Position numbers and translations under genes: made by a program. Below the pieces are notes generated by a model. The model searched no databases, was not told the DNA's origin, and worked only from the letters and a program-made list of their open reading frames with translations. Below, piece by piece: positions 31,394 to 40,330 of a stretch of DNA of 64,000 nt. Source of the stretch: Pirellulales bacterium (GTDB lineage Bacteria; Planctomycetota; Planctomycetia; Pirellulales; JAICIG01); the NCBI GenBank assembly GCA_040901675.1, contig JBBDYJ010000020.1, positions 90,801 to 154,800 of the forward strand. Reading direction: 5' to 3'. Positions within the stretch are counted from its first letter, which is position 1, and each line of letters begins with the position of its first letter.

Positions 31394-33031
31394 TCAGGCC
31401 ATCTCCATCTGGTCCATGAATCCGCTCAGGCCGCGGGCGCGGATGGGGTGCTGCAGCTTGCGAACGGCCTTGGCCTCGATCTGCCGCACCCGCTCGCGGG
31501 TGACGGAGAAGATCTTGCCCACCTCTTCCAACGTATAAGAGTAGCCGTCGGCCAGGCCGTAACGCAAACGGAGGATCTCGCGCTCGCGGTAGTTGAGCCC
31601 GTCGAGCACGTCGGCAATCCGCTTTTTCAAGAGCTCCTGGGTCATGTCGTGCAGCGGATCCTCTTCGCGGTGGTCTTCGACGAACTCGCCGAAGAAGCTA
31701 TCGTCATGGTCGCCCACCGGCTGATCGAGCGAAAGGGGCTGGCGGGTCATCTTCAGCACGCAGCGGGTTTCCTCCAGCGACAGCCCGGCGGCGGCGGCCG
31801 TCTCTTCGACGCTCGGCTCGCGGCCGGTCCGCTGCAGCAAGTCGCGGGTGACGGCCCGCACCCGGCCCATGGTTTCGATCATGTGGACCGGCAGCCGGAT
31901 GGTGCGGCTCTGGTCGGCAATGGCCCGCGTGATGGCCTGCCGGATCCACCAGGTGGCATAGGTCGAGAACTTGTAGCCGCGGGCGTGCTCGAACTTGTCG
32001 ACGGCCCGCATCAGTCCCGTGTTGCCCTCCTGGATCAGGTCCAGAAAGCTGAGGCCGCGGTTGCGATAGCGCTTGGCGATCGAGACGACCAGCCGCAGGT
32101 TGCCGCCGGACAGCACGCGTTTGGCGGCGTCGTAGTGTTTTTGGTAGTCGGCGGTGCGCTGGACGCGTGCGCGCAGGGTGGACGGGCTCTCCAGCGTGAT
32201 CCGCATCAGGTAGCGGAGCTCCTGCCGCAGCTCGGCCAGGCGCCCTGCGGCCGAACGGTCGCGGCGCAGCTCGGCCATCTGGGCGGTGAGGTTGTCCATC
32301 CGCTGCGAGATCTCGCGGAGCTTTTCCATCAGCGGCTGCAGGCGCTGCGTGCGCAGGTTGAGCTCCTCGACCAGCCGGACCGCCTTGTGCCGCCGCAGCA
32401 CCAGCCGCCGCCAGGCCGCTCGCCGGTCGCGCATCCGCTGGCTCTTGCTGATGGCGACTTTGAAGTCCTTGTGGTCCTGCCGCAACAGGTGGTCGAGCGT
32501 CTTGAGGTTCGGTCCCATCAGGGCCATGATCTGTTTCTTCTCGACGGCGTCGGTGACCGAGACGTCGACGGTGCGGTCGAGGCGCAGCTCGCCGTCGCGG
32601 ACTTTTTTCAGGAGCGTGACCGCGCCTTGCAGGATAAAATCGCTTCCCAACAGGCTCAGGCGGTACTTGCGGCGCGTGCGCTCGATCTGGGTGGCCGCCG
32701 CGATCTCTTCATCGCGGGTCAACAAGGGGATCTCGCCCATTTGCATCAGGTAGATCCGCACCGGGTCTTCGATCCGGTCGTCGGCGCCGGTCGCCTCCGG
32801 CTCTTGTTCGTGCTGGAGTGGATCCAGCTCGTCGGCCTCGATCTCCAACTCGGCTTCGGGAAGCTCGGCCGGCGGCTCGACCTCGCCGGCCGGTTCGTCT
32901 TCGAACAAGAACTTGGGCACGTTCGGCTTGCCGTTGGTGGGCCGGCCTCGCCGCGTGTGCGGCGCCGCGGGCGTGGGACGGTGCGAGGCATGCTTGCGGC
33001 TGGCGGCTGCTCTCTTAGGGTGTTTCGCCAA
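31394..33031 (-). CDS. Sigma70 family (RpoD-like) sigma factor
   Basis: [68 protein letters not shown]. Confidence 0.95.
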   Translation of the reverse strand: MAKHPKRAAASRKHASHRPTPAAPHTRRGRPTNGKPNVPKFLFEDEPAGEVEPPAELPEAELEIEADELDPLQHEQEPEATGADDRIEDPVRIYLMQMGEIPLLTRDEEIAAATQIERTRRKYRLSLLGSDFILQGAVTLLKKVRDGELRLDRTVDVSVTDAVEKKQIMALMGPNLKTLDHLLRQDHKDFKVAISKSQRMRDRRAAWRRLVLRRHKAVRLVEELNLRTQRLQPLMEKLREISQRMDNLTAQMAELRRDRSAAGRLAELRQELRYLMRITLESPSTLRARVQRTADYQKHYDAAKRVLSGGNLRLVVSIAKRYRNRGLSFLDLIQEGNTGLMRAVDKFEHARGYKFSTYATWWIRQAITRAIADQSRTIRLPVHMIETMGRVRAVTRDLLQRTGREPSVEETAAAAGLSLEETRCVLKMTRQPLSLDQPVGDHDDSFFGEFVEDHREEDPLHDMTQELLKKRIADVLDGLNYREREILRLRYGLADGYSYTLEEVGKIFSVTRERVRQIEAKAVRKLQHPIRARGLSGFMDQMEMA

Positions 33032-33296
33032 TGCTGGGTTCCTGGGGGTGATGCCGTGGTGGTTCGTGATTTGGCTTCTGAGGGCGTGCGTGCGTAAAAA
33101 GCACTTCGAGTGCCAGCGAAAAGAAGCGGGCCGCCGCCGCCGCTCTTAAGGCGTTTCGCAAGCTTCAGTTAGCGGCCGATCGGCAAGATCCTGGCAGCCG
33201 TGCGGGCGGCAGAGCGGCGTGGCATCCAGGCAACATGGGCAGGCTTACGTGTTGAATCCATGCAACAGCCTGCCCCTAGTTGCTATGATGCCCGGC

Positions 33297-34928
33297 ATGC
33301 GCCCCACTCCGGATCAAGCTGAATCGCTCCAGGAGCTCAGCCGCCGGTACGCCGAGTGGGAGCGGCAGATCGCCTTGGGAGGCGGGGCGGCGGCCATCGA
33401 GCGGCAGCACGCCAAGGGCCGGCTGACGGCCCGCGAACGGATCGACCGTCTGATCGACGAGGGAAGCGGACTGTTCGAGCTGGGCCTGTGGGCCGGCTGG
33501 CAGATGTACGACGATGTGGGCGGCGCGCCGGCCGCCGGCGTGGTCTGCACCGTGGGCACGGTCGCCGGCCGCCGCCAGATGATCATTGCCAACGACGCCA
33601 CGGTCAAGGCGGGGGCGTTCTTTCCGGCCACGACCAAGAAGGTCCTGCGGGCGCAGCGGATCGCCTTTCAGAACCGCCTGCCCCTGGTGTACCTGGTCGA
33701 CTCGGCGGGCGCCTTTCTGCCCCTGCAGGAGGAGATCTTCCCGGACGAGGACGATTTCGGCCGCATCTTTCGCAACAATGCGGTCATCTCGGCCGCCGGC
33801 CTGGGACAAATGGCCGCCGTGATGGGCAACTGCGTGGCCGGCGGCGGCTACCTGCCCGTGCTCTGCGACAAGTTGCTGATGACCGAAGGGTCGGGCTTGT
33901 ACCTGGCCGGCCCGGCCCTGGTCCGCAGCGCGATCGGACAGGACGTGTCCAGCGAAGAGCTGGGCGGGGCCTTGATGCACGCCCAGATCAGCGGGACGGT
34001 CGACTACCGCGAGCCCAACGACGAGGCCTGCCTTCTGCGCCTGCGGCGGCTGATCGACATGACGCCGCCGGAGCCGCAGCACCCCCCTGCCCCGTTCAAC
34101 CGGGTGACGGCAGTCGGGCCGGCGCGCCCCGGCGACGAGCTGTACCGGATCGTCGGCACCAGCCCGCGGCAGGAGTACGAGATCCGCCAGGTGCTGGAAT
34201 GCCTGGTCGATCGCGGCAGCTTCGACGAGTACAAGGGCGAGTACGGCCAGTCGATCGTCTGCGGCACGGCCCGCATCGGCGGCTTTGCCGTGGGTATCGT
34301 GGCGAACCAGCATCACCAGGTGCGTCCGGCCGATGGGCCGATCCAGTTCGGCGGCGTGCTGTACGTCGACAGCGCGGAGAAGGCGGCCCGCTTCGTGATG
34401 GCGTCGAACCAGGAATGGCTGCCGCTGATCTTCTTGCAGGATGTGAACGGGTTCATGGTGGGCCGCGACAGCGAACGAGCGGGCATCATCAAGGCGGGGG
34501 CCAAGCTGGTCAACGCCATCAGCAACAGCCGCGTGCCGAAGCTGACGGTGATCGTGGGGGGCTCGTACGGGGCGGGTAACTACGCGCTGTGCGGCAAGGC
34601 GTTCGACCCGCGTTTCCTCTTCGCCTGGCCCACGGCGCGGACGGCCGTGATGGGGGGCGAACAGGCCACCTCGACCTTGCTCGAGGTATCGATCAAGAGC
34701 CTCGAGCGGCAGGGGCAGCACGTCGACGCCGCCGAGCTGGAGGCGCTGCGCGAGCGGGTGACGTCCGACTACAATCGCCAGATGGATCCGCGTTACGCCG
34801 CGGCGCGGGGCTGGGTCGACCGGATCATCGATCCAGGCTGGACCCGGGAGGAGCTGATCTACGCCCTGGAGCTTGCCACGCGGCACCCCGGCAGCGAGGC
34901 GTTCAAGCTGGGCGTGTTCCAGGTGTAA
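33297..34928 (+). CDS. Acyl-CoA carboxylase carboxyltransferase subunit (LiuB/AtuC-like)
   Basis: GRLTARERI, ANDATVKAG, LVDSAGAFLP, CVAGGGY, GSYGAGNY; start chosen among ATGs at 33285-33297. Confidence 0.93.
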   Translation: MRPTPDQAESLQELSRRYAEWERQIALGGGAAAIERQHAKGRLTARERIDRLIDEGSGLFELGLWAGWQMYDDVGGAPAAGVVCTVGTVAGRRQMIIANDATVKAGAFFPATTKKVLRAQRIAFQNRLPLVYLVDSAGAFLPLQEEIFPDEDDFGRIFRNNAVISAAGLGQMAAVMGNCVAGGGYLPVLCDKLLMTEGSGLYLAGPALVRSAIGQDVSSEELGGALMHAQISGTVDYREPNDEACLLRLRRLIDMTPPEPQHPPAPFNRVTAVGPARPGDELYRIVGTSPRQEYEIRQVLECLVDRGSFDEYKGEYGQSIVCGTARIGGFAVGIVANQHHQVRPADGPIQFGGVLYVDSAEKAARFVMASNQEWLPLIFLQDVNGFMVGRDSERAGIIKAGAKLVNAISNSRVPKLTVIVGGSYGAGNYALCGKAFDPRFLFAWPTARTAVMGGEQATSTLLEVSIKSLERQGQHVDAAELEALRERVTSDYNRQMDPRYAAARGWVDRIIDPGWTREELIYALELATRHPGSEAFKLGVFQV

Positions 34929-34939
34929 AGGTCGTTGCC

Positions 34940-36340
34940 GTGAAGAAGCCGACAGCAGCCGCCGTAACGTGTGCGATCGCCAACGCAGCCGGGTTCCTGG
35001 GCGACAACCTCGATGCACCGCGGCGGCTGGTGGAGTCGGCGAGGGTCGACTATCTGACCCTCGAGTACCTGGCCGAGCTGACGCTTTCGATCCTGGCACG
35101 CTTGCGGGAAAAGGATCCCAATGCCGGCTATGCCAACGACTTTCTCGATGTGCTGGCGAGCCTTGTCCCGGCACTGCGGTCGCAGCCCCAACTGAAGATC
35201 GTCACCAACGCTGGCGGCATGAACCCGCTGGCCTGCGCCCGCGCCGCGGCGGCCTTGCTGAACGACGCGGGGCTGGGCGATCTGGTGATCGGCGTAGTCA
35301 CGGGCGACGACCTCTTGGACCGCCTGCCCGCGCTGGAGGCCGGCGGCTGGCCGTTTGAGAACCTCGACACCAGGCAGCCGCTCGGCGACCTGGGCAGGGA
35401 AGTGGTCAGCGCCAACGCGTACCTGGGCGGGCGGCCGATCGCCGAGGCGCTCGACCGGGGAGCAAGGCTGGTGCTGACCGGCCGGGTGGCCGACGCTTCG
35501 CTGACCGTTGGCCCGGCGGTCCACGCGTTTGGCTGGAAGTGGGACGACTGGCGGCGGCTGGCGGGGGCGAGCGTGGCCGGGCACTTGATCGAGTGCGGGG
35601 CCCAGGTGACCGGCGGATTTTATCCGCATTGGCAGGGGCTCGACCTGGCGCGCGTCGGATATCCGATCGCGGAACTGGCGGCGGATGGCAATTGCGTGAT
35701 CACCAAGCCGGCGGGCACGGGGGGCGCCGTCAACCGAGAGACCGTGGCCGAGCAGCTCGTGTACGAGATCGGCGATCCATCGCACTACCTGACGCCTGAC
35801 GTCGACGTCGACTTCACCACCATCGACATCGAACCGCTCACGGCCGATCGGGTGGCGGTGCGCGGCGCCACGGGCCGGCCGCCGCCGGCGACTTACAAGG
35901 CCTCGCTGGCCTACCGGGACGGCTATTTTGCCAGCGGCCAACTGCTAGTCTACGGAGATGATTGCGTGGCGAAGGCCAGGGCGGCCGGCGAGATGCTGCT
36001 GGCCCGCGTGCGTGAGGCCGGCTACGAGCTAGAGCGCTCGCTGGTGGAGTGCCTGGGCGCGGGAGGCGGCGTGCCCGGCGTCGATCGCTCGCCGGAGGGG
36101 CTGCGCGAAGTCGTGCTGCGGGTTACCGCCGCCGATCCGCGGCGGCAAGCCATCGAACGCTTTTCCAAGGAGTTTGCGCCCTTGGCCACCAGCGGTCCGG
36201 GCGGCCTGGCCGGCTATGCCAGCGGCCGGCCGCCGGTGCGCCCCGTGCTGGCCTACTGGCCCACCAGCGTGCCTAGAGATGCTGTGAGTCCGCAAGTCGA
36301 GGTCCGCACCGCGGCGGAGTGGGCGGCGAAAGAAGGATAA
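34940..36340 (+). CDS. AtuA-like (DUF1446) protein
   Basis: IANAAGFLGD, YLAELTL, TNAGGMNP, GRVADASL, GHLIECGAQVTGG, EQLVYEIGDP..YLTPDV. Confidence 0.9.
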   Translation: MKKPTAAAVTCAIANAAGFLGDNLDAPRRLVESARVDYLTLEYLAELTLSILARLREKDPNAGYANDFLDVLASLVPALRSQPQLKIVTNAGGMNPLACARAAAALLNDAGLGDLVIGVVTGDDLLDRLPALEAGGWPFENLDTRQPLGDLGREVVSANAYLGGRPIAEALDRGARLVLTGRVADASLTVGPAVHAFGWKWDDWRRLAGASVAGHLIECGAQVTGGFYPHWQGLDLARVGYPIAELAADGNCVITKPAGTGGAVNRETVAEQLVYEIGDPSHYLTPDVDVDFTTIDIEPLTADRVAVRGATGRPPPATYKASLAYRDGYFASGQLLVYGDDCVAKARAAGEMLLARVREAGYELERSLVECLGAGGGVPGVDRSPEGLREVVLRVTAADPRRQAIERFSKEFAPLATSGPGGLAGYASGRPPVRPVLAYWPTSVPRDAVSPQVEVRTAAEWAAKEG

Positions 36341-36383
36341 CTTAGCACCCAATGAATTCCGTTCTACGGACGGGAACCGACGA

Positions 36384-36794
36384 ATGACTCAGACGATCAA
36401 GCTCAGCGCGATTGCTCACGCCCGCAGCGGCGACAAGGGGAACCATGCCAATATCGGCGTGATCGCCTACACGGCGGCAGGCTATGAGCACTTGCACGGC
36501 GTGCTCACGGCCGAGCGGGTGGCCAGGCACTTCGGCGGGCTGGCGGCAAGCCGGGTCGAGCGTTTCGAGCTGCCCCGCTTGTGGGCCTTCAACTTCCTGC
36601 TGTACGATGCGCTGGCTGGCGGCGCCAGCCGGTCGCTCAGGATCGACACGCAGGGCAAGCTGCTGGCGACCGCCGTGGGGGAGCTCCAACTGCCGGCGCC
36701 CGACAACCTGGCAGCGATGCTGAAGGCAGGAGAGGAAGGGGGGAGCGCGGGAAGGGGGGAAGGGGGGAACAGACGACGAGAGTCGTCTTCTTGA
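36384..36794 (+). CDS. AtuA C-terminal-like small protein
   Basis: IAHARSGDKGNHANIGVIA...LAGGASRSLRIDTQGK. Confidence 0.88.
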   Translation: MTQTIKLSAIAHARSGDKGNHANIGVIAYTAAGYEHLHGVLTAERVARHFGGLAASRVERFELPRLWAFNFLLYDALAGGASRSLRIDTQGKLLATAVGELQLPAPDNLAAMLKAGEEGGSAGRGEGGNRRRESSS

Positions 36795-36905
36795 CTTCTG
36801 ACTTCCGACCTCCGACCTCTGACTATGCTGCAAGTCCGCCGTAGGCGGAACCTCTGACTCCTAACTTCTGACCTCTGACCTCTGACCTCCGACCTCTGAC
36901 CTCTG
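36792..36905 (+). repeat. Heptamer (TGACCTC/TGACTTC) tract flanking palindrome TCCGCC-GTA-GGCGGA
   Basis: Read directly; inverted related copy at 16071-16150. Confidence 0.85.
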
Positions 36906-36913
36906 TTCCTGCC

Positions 36914-37693
36914 ATGCCGCTCGTCCGCGTCAACATTCATCAGCACGCCGGCACGATCATCCTGAACCGTGCCGAGAAGCGCAATGCGCTCAACCGCGCG
37001 ATGCTCGCCGAGCTGGCCCAAGCGCTGGACGACCTGCGGCAGGAGCGGCGCGTGCGGGCCATCGTGCTGACCGGCGCGGGGAGCGCCTTCTGTGCCGGGA
37101 TGGACCTGGGAGAGATGCACGAGACGAGCAAGCAGGACAGCCCTCACGTCCAGTGGCACGAAGACGCCAGCAGCTATCGCGACCTGCTCGAAACGATGTG
37201 GCGGCTGCCGAAACCGTTGATCGCCGCGGTGAACGGCCCGGCCATGGCCGGTGGAGCGGGACTCGTCTTGGGCTGCGACATCGTGCTGGCAGCTCACACG
37301 GCCAGCTTCGGCCTGCCCGAACCGTTGCGTGGAATTGTGGCCGGCATGGTGACGCCGCTGTTGGCTTTCCGCATCGGCGGCGGACAGGCGGCGCGGCTGC
37401 TCTTGTCGGCCGTGACGATCGACGCGGCCGAAGCTCTGCGGATCGGCCTGTTCCACGAGCTGATCGATCCCGACCAGTTATGGCCGCGGGCGGTGGAGAT
37501 GGCCGCCCAGTGCGCCCGCTCGGCGCCGCAGGCCTTGCAGCTCACCAAGCAGATGCTCAACGAGACGGTGGGCGAGCACTTGCCCACGCTTTTGTCCGCG
37601 GGGGCGGCCGCCAGCGCCGCGGCCCGCACCACCGAGGCCGCCGCCGAGGGGCTGGCCGCCTTTTTGGAAAAGCGTGAGCCCCGCTGGCCGTGA
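36914..37693 (+). CDS. Enoyl-CoA hydratase/isomerase
   Basis: LNRAEKRNAL, AFCAGMDL, PKPLIAAVNGPAMAGG, EGLAAFLEKREPRW. Confidence 0.93.
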   Translation: MPLVRVNIHQHAGTIILNRAEKRNALNRAMLAELAQALDDLRQERRVRAIVLTGAGSAFCAGMDLGEMHETSKQDSPHVQWHEDASSYRDLLETMWRLPKPLIAAVNGPAMAGGAGLVLGCDIVLAAHTASFGLPEPLRGIVAGMVTPLLAFRIGGGQAARLLLSAVTIDAAEALRIGLFHELIDPDQLWPRAVEMAAQCARSAPQALQLTKQMLNETVGEHLPTLLSAGAAASAAARTTEAAAEGLAAFLEKREPRWP

Positions 37694-37870
37694 CGTCCGT
37701 CGTTCTTTCCGCCCCGCAGGGGCAACGACAGATCAGCCCGCGGGCAGAGCGGAGCGGCGTTAGCCGCGTAGCGCCGCCCCGGGATCGCCCGGGTACACCC
37801 TTATTCCGTCGCAGCCCTTGTATGACTGTGGCCATCCTTCTTCGTCAAGTTCCTCGTGGCCGGGCGGGTT

Positions 37871-38629
37871 CTAGAGCCCGGCCAGGTCGCGGGCGGTGAG
37901 GCGGCCGTCGTGCAGCGCGGAAGCCACCAGCGCGGCGTCGCAGCCCACCTCGGCCAGGGCGCGCAAGTCTTGCGGTCCGCGGACGCCGCCGCCGGAGATC
38001 AGCTCAAGCTGCTGGTGCCTCTGGCGCAGCTCCCGGCACAACGCCAGTGCGGCCACGCCGGCGTCCATGCCAACGCCGGCCAGGTCCAGCACGATCAAGC
38101 GCCGCACGCCGCAGTCGATCACCTCGTCCGCGATCTGCCGCGCATCACTGGCCTGCCAGGCCGGCCAGCGGGCCAAGGGCGCGCCGGCCTTGAGATCAAG
38201 GCTGAAGACCGCCCGGCCCGGCCCCGCGATCTTTAGCACTCGCTCTAATGCCCGCGGGCCCTCGATCGTTTCCAAGCCGGCGATCACGCCCGCCAGCTCG
38301 CGTCCCGCGGCCGAGAAATCGCTCAGCCGCTGCGCCTGCTCGGCCGTGCCGATCCCCGCGTCGACCCATAGCTCCAGGCCGCACTCGGCCAGCTCGCCAT
38401 ACGTCTGCCAGGCCGGCTCCGCGCCGGCGATGGCGTCCAGGTCGGCCACGTAGGCCTCGTGCAGGTGCAAGTCGCCGGCGAAGGCGCGGCCGATCTCGGC
38501 CGGCGACGGCCGCTCGGCCAGGATGCTTTGAATCGGCCGGTACAAATGCCGCTGGCCGCCCACCCCGCGGACCACCAGGCCGCCCATCAGGTCGATGACC
38601 GGTATGACGCGCATCGCGTCGCCGCTCAT
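37871..38629 (-). CDS. HisA/HisF-related TIM-barrel protein
   Basis: IPVIDLMGGLVVRGVGGQRHLYRP, YVADLDAI, LWVDAG, GGGVRG, ALVASALH. Confidence 0.85.
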   Translation of the reverse strand: MSGDAMRVIPVIDLMGGLVVRGVGGQRHLYRPIQSILAERPSPAEIGRAFAGDLHLHEAYVADLDAIAGAEPAWQTYGELAECGLELWVDAGIGTAEQAQRLSDFSAAGRELAGVIAGLETIEGPRALERVLKIAGPGRAVFSLDLKAGAPLARWPAWQASDARQIADEVIDCGVRRLIVLDLAGVGMDAGVAALALCRELRQRHQQLELISGGGVRGPQDLRALAEVGCDAALVASALHDGRLTARDLAGL

Positions 38630-40194
38630 TGGATCGCCTGGCGGCCGTAGAGCGGCATGTGGCGATAGTACACTTCAAGCGTCATGATGGCGGCGGCCGT
38701 GTTGTACAGCCGGCCCCCTTTGGCGCCCCGGCCCCCCTCAAAGAACCAGCTCCCCGACTCGTGGCCTTGCGTGGCTTGCGTGGCCACCAGGTAGTCTCGC
38801 ATGGCGCTGTCCCAAAGCTTCCACGGCTCGCCGCCCCAGTGGTGCATGACCTGCGTGGCATAATAGTTGTAATACATGTTGTCCTTCGACGGGCCTTGGC
38901 GGCTGAGGAACTGCACGCCGCTCCGCAGCGCCGCGTTCTCCTGCTGCCAGCCGGTGTACATCCGGCACAACAGGCCGATCGACGTGGTGGTCGGCTCCTT
39001 GCCGGGGAACAAGTATCCGTAGCGGGCCCCCTTGTCGTCCTGGACGAAGTCGAGAAACCGCGTGGCGTCGTAAATCGCCCGCGGCGGCACTCGCAGATAC
39101 GCCATCTGGCCGCTCTTGAGCGCCATCAACTGCCAGCCGGTCACGGTGGTGTCTCCCGGCTGGCCGGGGTAATAACGCCAGCCGCCCTGGTTCTTGTCCT
39201 GCGCATAAACGATGTAGTCGATCGCCCGCTGGGCATACTTTTCCAACTGCGGATCGCGGGTCATGCCGTAGGCCTCGCACAGCGCGATCGCGGCCAGCCC
39301 CTGGCCATACATCGTCCCCTCCCGCAGGTCGCCGCCGTCGTCGGTCATGAGCATCCGCTCGGCCAGGTAGTTCAGCCCGCTGCGGACCACCTCCTGGTAG
39401 CGGCCTTCCTCGAGGTGCGTCTGGGCGTTGCCGAGAAAGGCCATCAAGGCGATGCCGGTGGCGGCCGTGGTCGAGGCCTCGCTGCCCGGGTGGCGGCAGA
39501 GTCCGGAGCAGCCCCCCTGGTTGTGGTCGAAGTGCCAACTGCCGTCGCTGCGCTGGTGGGCCGCCAGCCAGGCCAAGCCACGCGCCACGGCATCTTCCGT
39601 TTCCGGGGTCGGGCCTCCGCCGGCGGCCGCCAGCCGGGCCCGCGCCTCCTTGCCGCGCAGCGACAAGGCGCCGGTGACGTCGGCATCGAACGGCGTGAGC
39701 CATTGCCGCAAGTCGCCGGCCGGCTCGATGCCGAGGCGTTGGGTGATGGCGGGCTGCTCGGCCGAAGGGAGTCCGTCACCCGCGGCCAATCGGGCGCCGG
39801 AAATACCGCCACCGGCGACAGCCGCGCTGAGCGGCTCGGCGGAATCACTCTCGCTGGTGGCGGGAGTCAACTCGAGTAGCCGCTGGTCCGTCCGCTCGCC
39901 TGGCGAAATCAGCAACACGCTCGGCGCCGAGTGTCCGGCCGGAGTCAGCAGGAGGATCCCCAGCACGAGGATCAACGCGGCGTGCAGCACGAGGCTGGCC
40001 AGGCAACTGATGATGGGGCGGCGCACCCGATTGAAGATCCGCCGGGACCGCGACGGCGACTGCGCGGAGGCAGGGCCGCGCGTCGCATCCGCCGGCCGTT
40101 GGGGCTGGCGTGCAGGCGGCCTGCTGGGCGGCTGTGCCACGCTGGGCGGCAGCATCGCTGTTTCGCTCGACAGTCCAGGCGGCTCGGACGACAT
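38626..40194 (-). CDS. Membrane-anchored prenyltransferase/squalene-oxidase repeat protein
   Basis: SLVLHAALILVL TM; GLAWLAAHQRSDGSW, GGWRY, DTTVTGWQLMALKS, LEVYYRH; start uncertain. Confidence 0.88.
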   Translation of the reverse strand: MSSEPPGLSSETAMLPPSVAQPPSRPPARQPQRPADATRGPASAQSPSRSRRIFNRVRRPIISCLASLVLHAALILVLGILLLTPAGHSAPSVLLISPGERTDQRLLELTPATSESDSAEPLSAAVAGGGISGARLAAGDGLPSAEQPAITQRLGIEPAGDLRQWLTPFDADVTGALSLRGKEARARLAAAGGGPTPETEDAVARGLAWLAAHQRSDGSWHFDHNQGGCSGLCRHPGSEASTTAATGIALMAFLGNAQTHLEEGRYQEVVRSGLNYLAERMLMTDDGGDLREGTMYGQGLAAIALCEAYGMTRDPQLEKYAQRAIDYIVYAQDKNQGGWRYYPGQPGDTTVTGWQLMALKSGQMAYLRVPPRAIYDATRFLDFVQDDKGARYGYLFPGKEPTTTSIGLLCRMYTGWQQENAALRSGVQFLSRQGPSKDNMYYNYYATQVMHHWGGEPWKLWDSAMRDYLVATQATQGHESGSWFFEGGRGAKGGRLYNTAAAIMTLEVYYRHMPLYGRQAIQ

Positions 40195-40330
40195 GCGGCG
40201 ATTACCATGGCCGGCAAGCGCCCGTCCCTGCCGTTTGCCGTGGGCAACAAAATCAGAAAAACCAGAACGGCCGGTCAATTATAGCACGCCTGCATCCCTC
40301 GAGCAGATCTCGCCCGAGTTCTGGCCGCCG

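Noticed and set aside
30407..33097. 896-aa plus-strand ORF and similar long antisense ORFs (33276-35174, 14652-15884, 38629-39879)
   Set aside because: Shadows of well-supported genes on the opposite strand.
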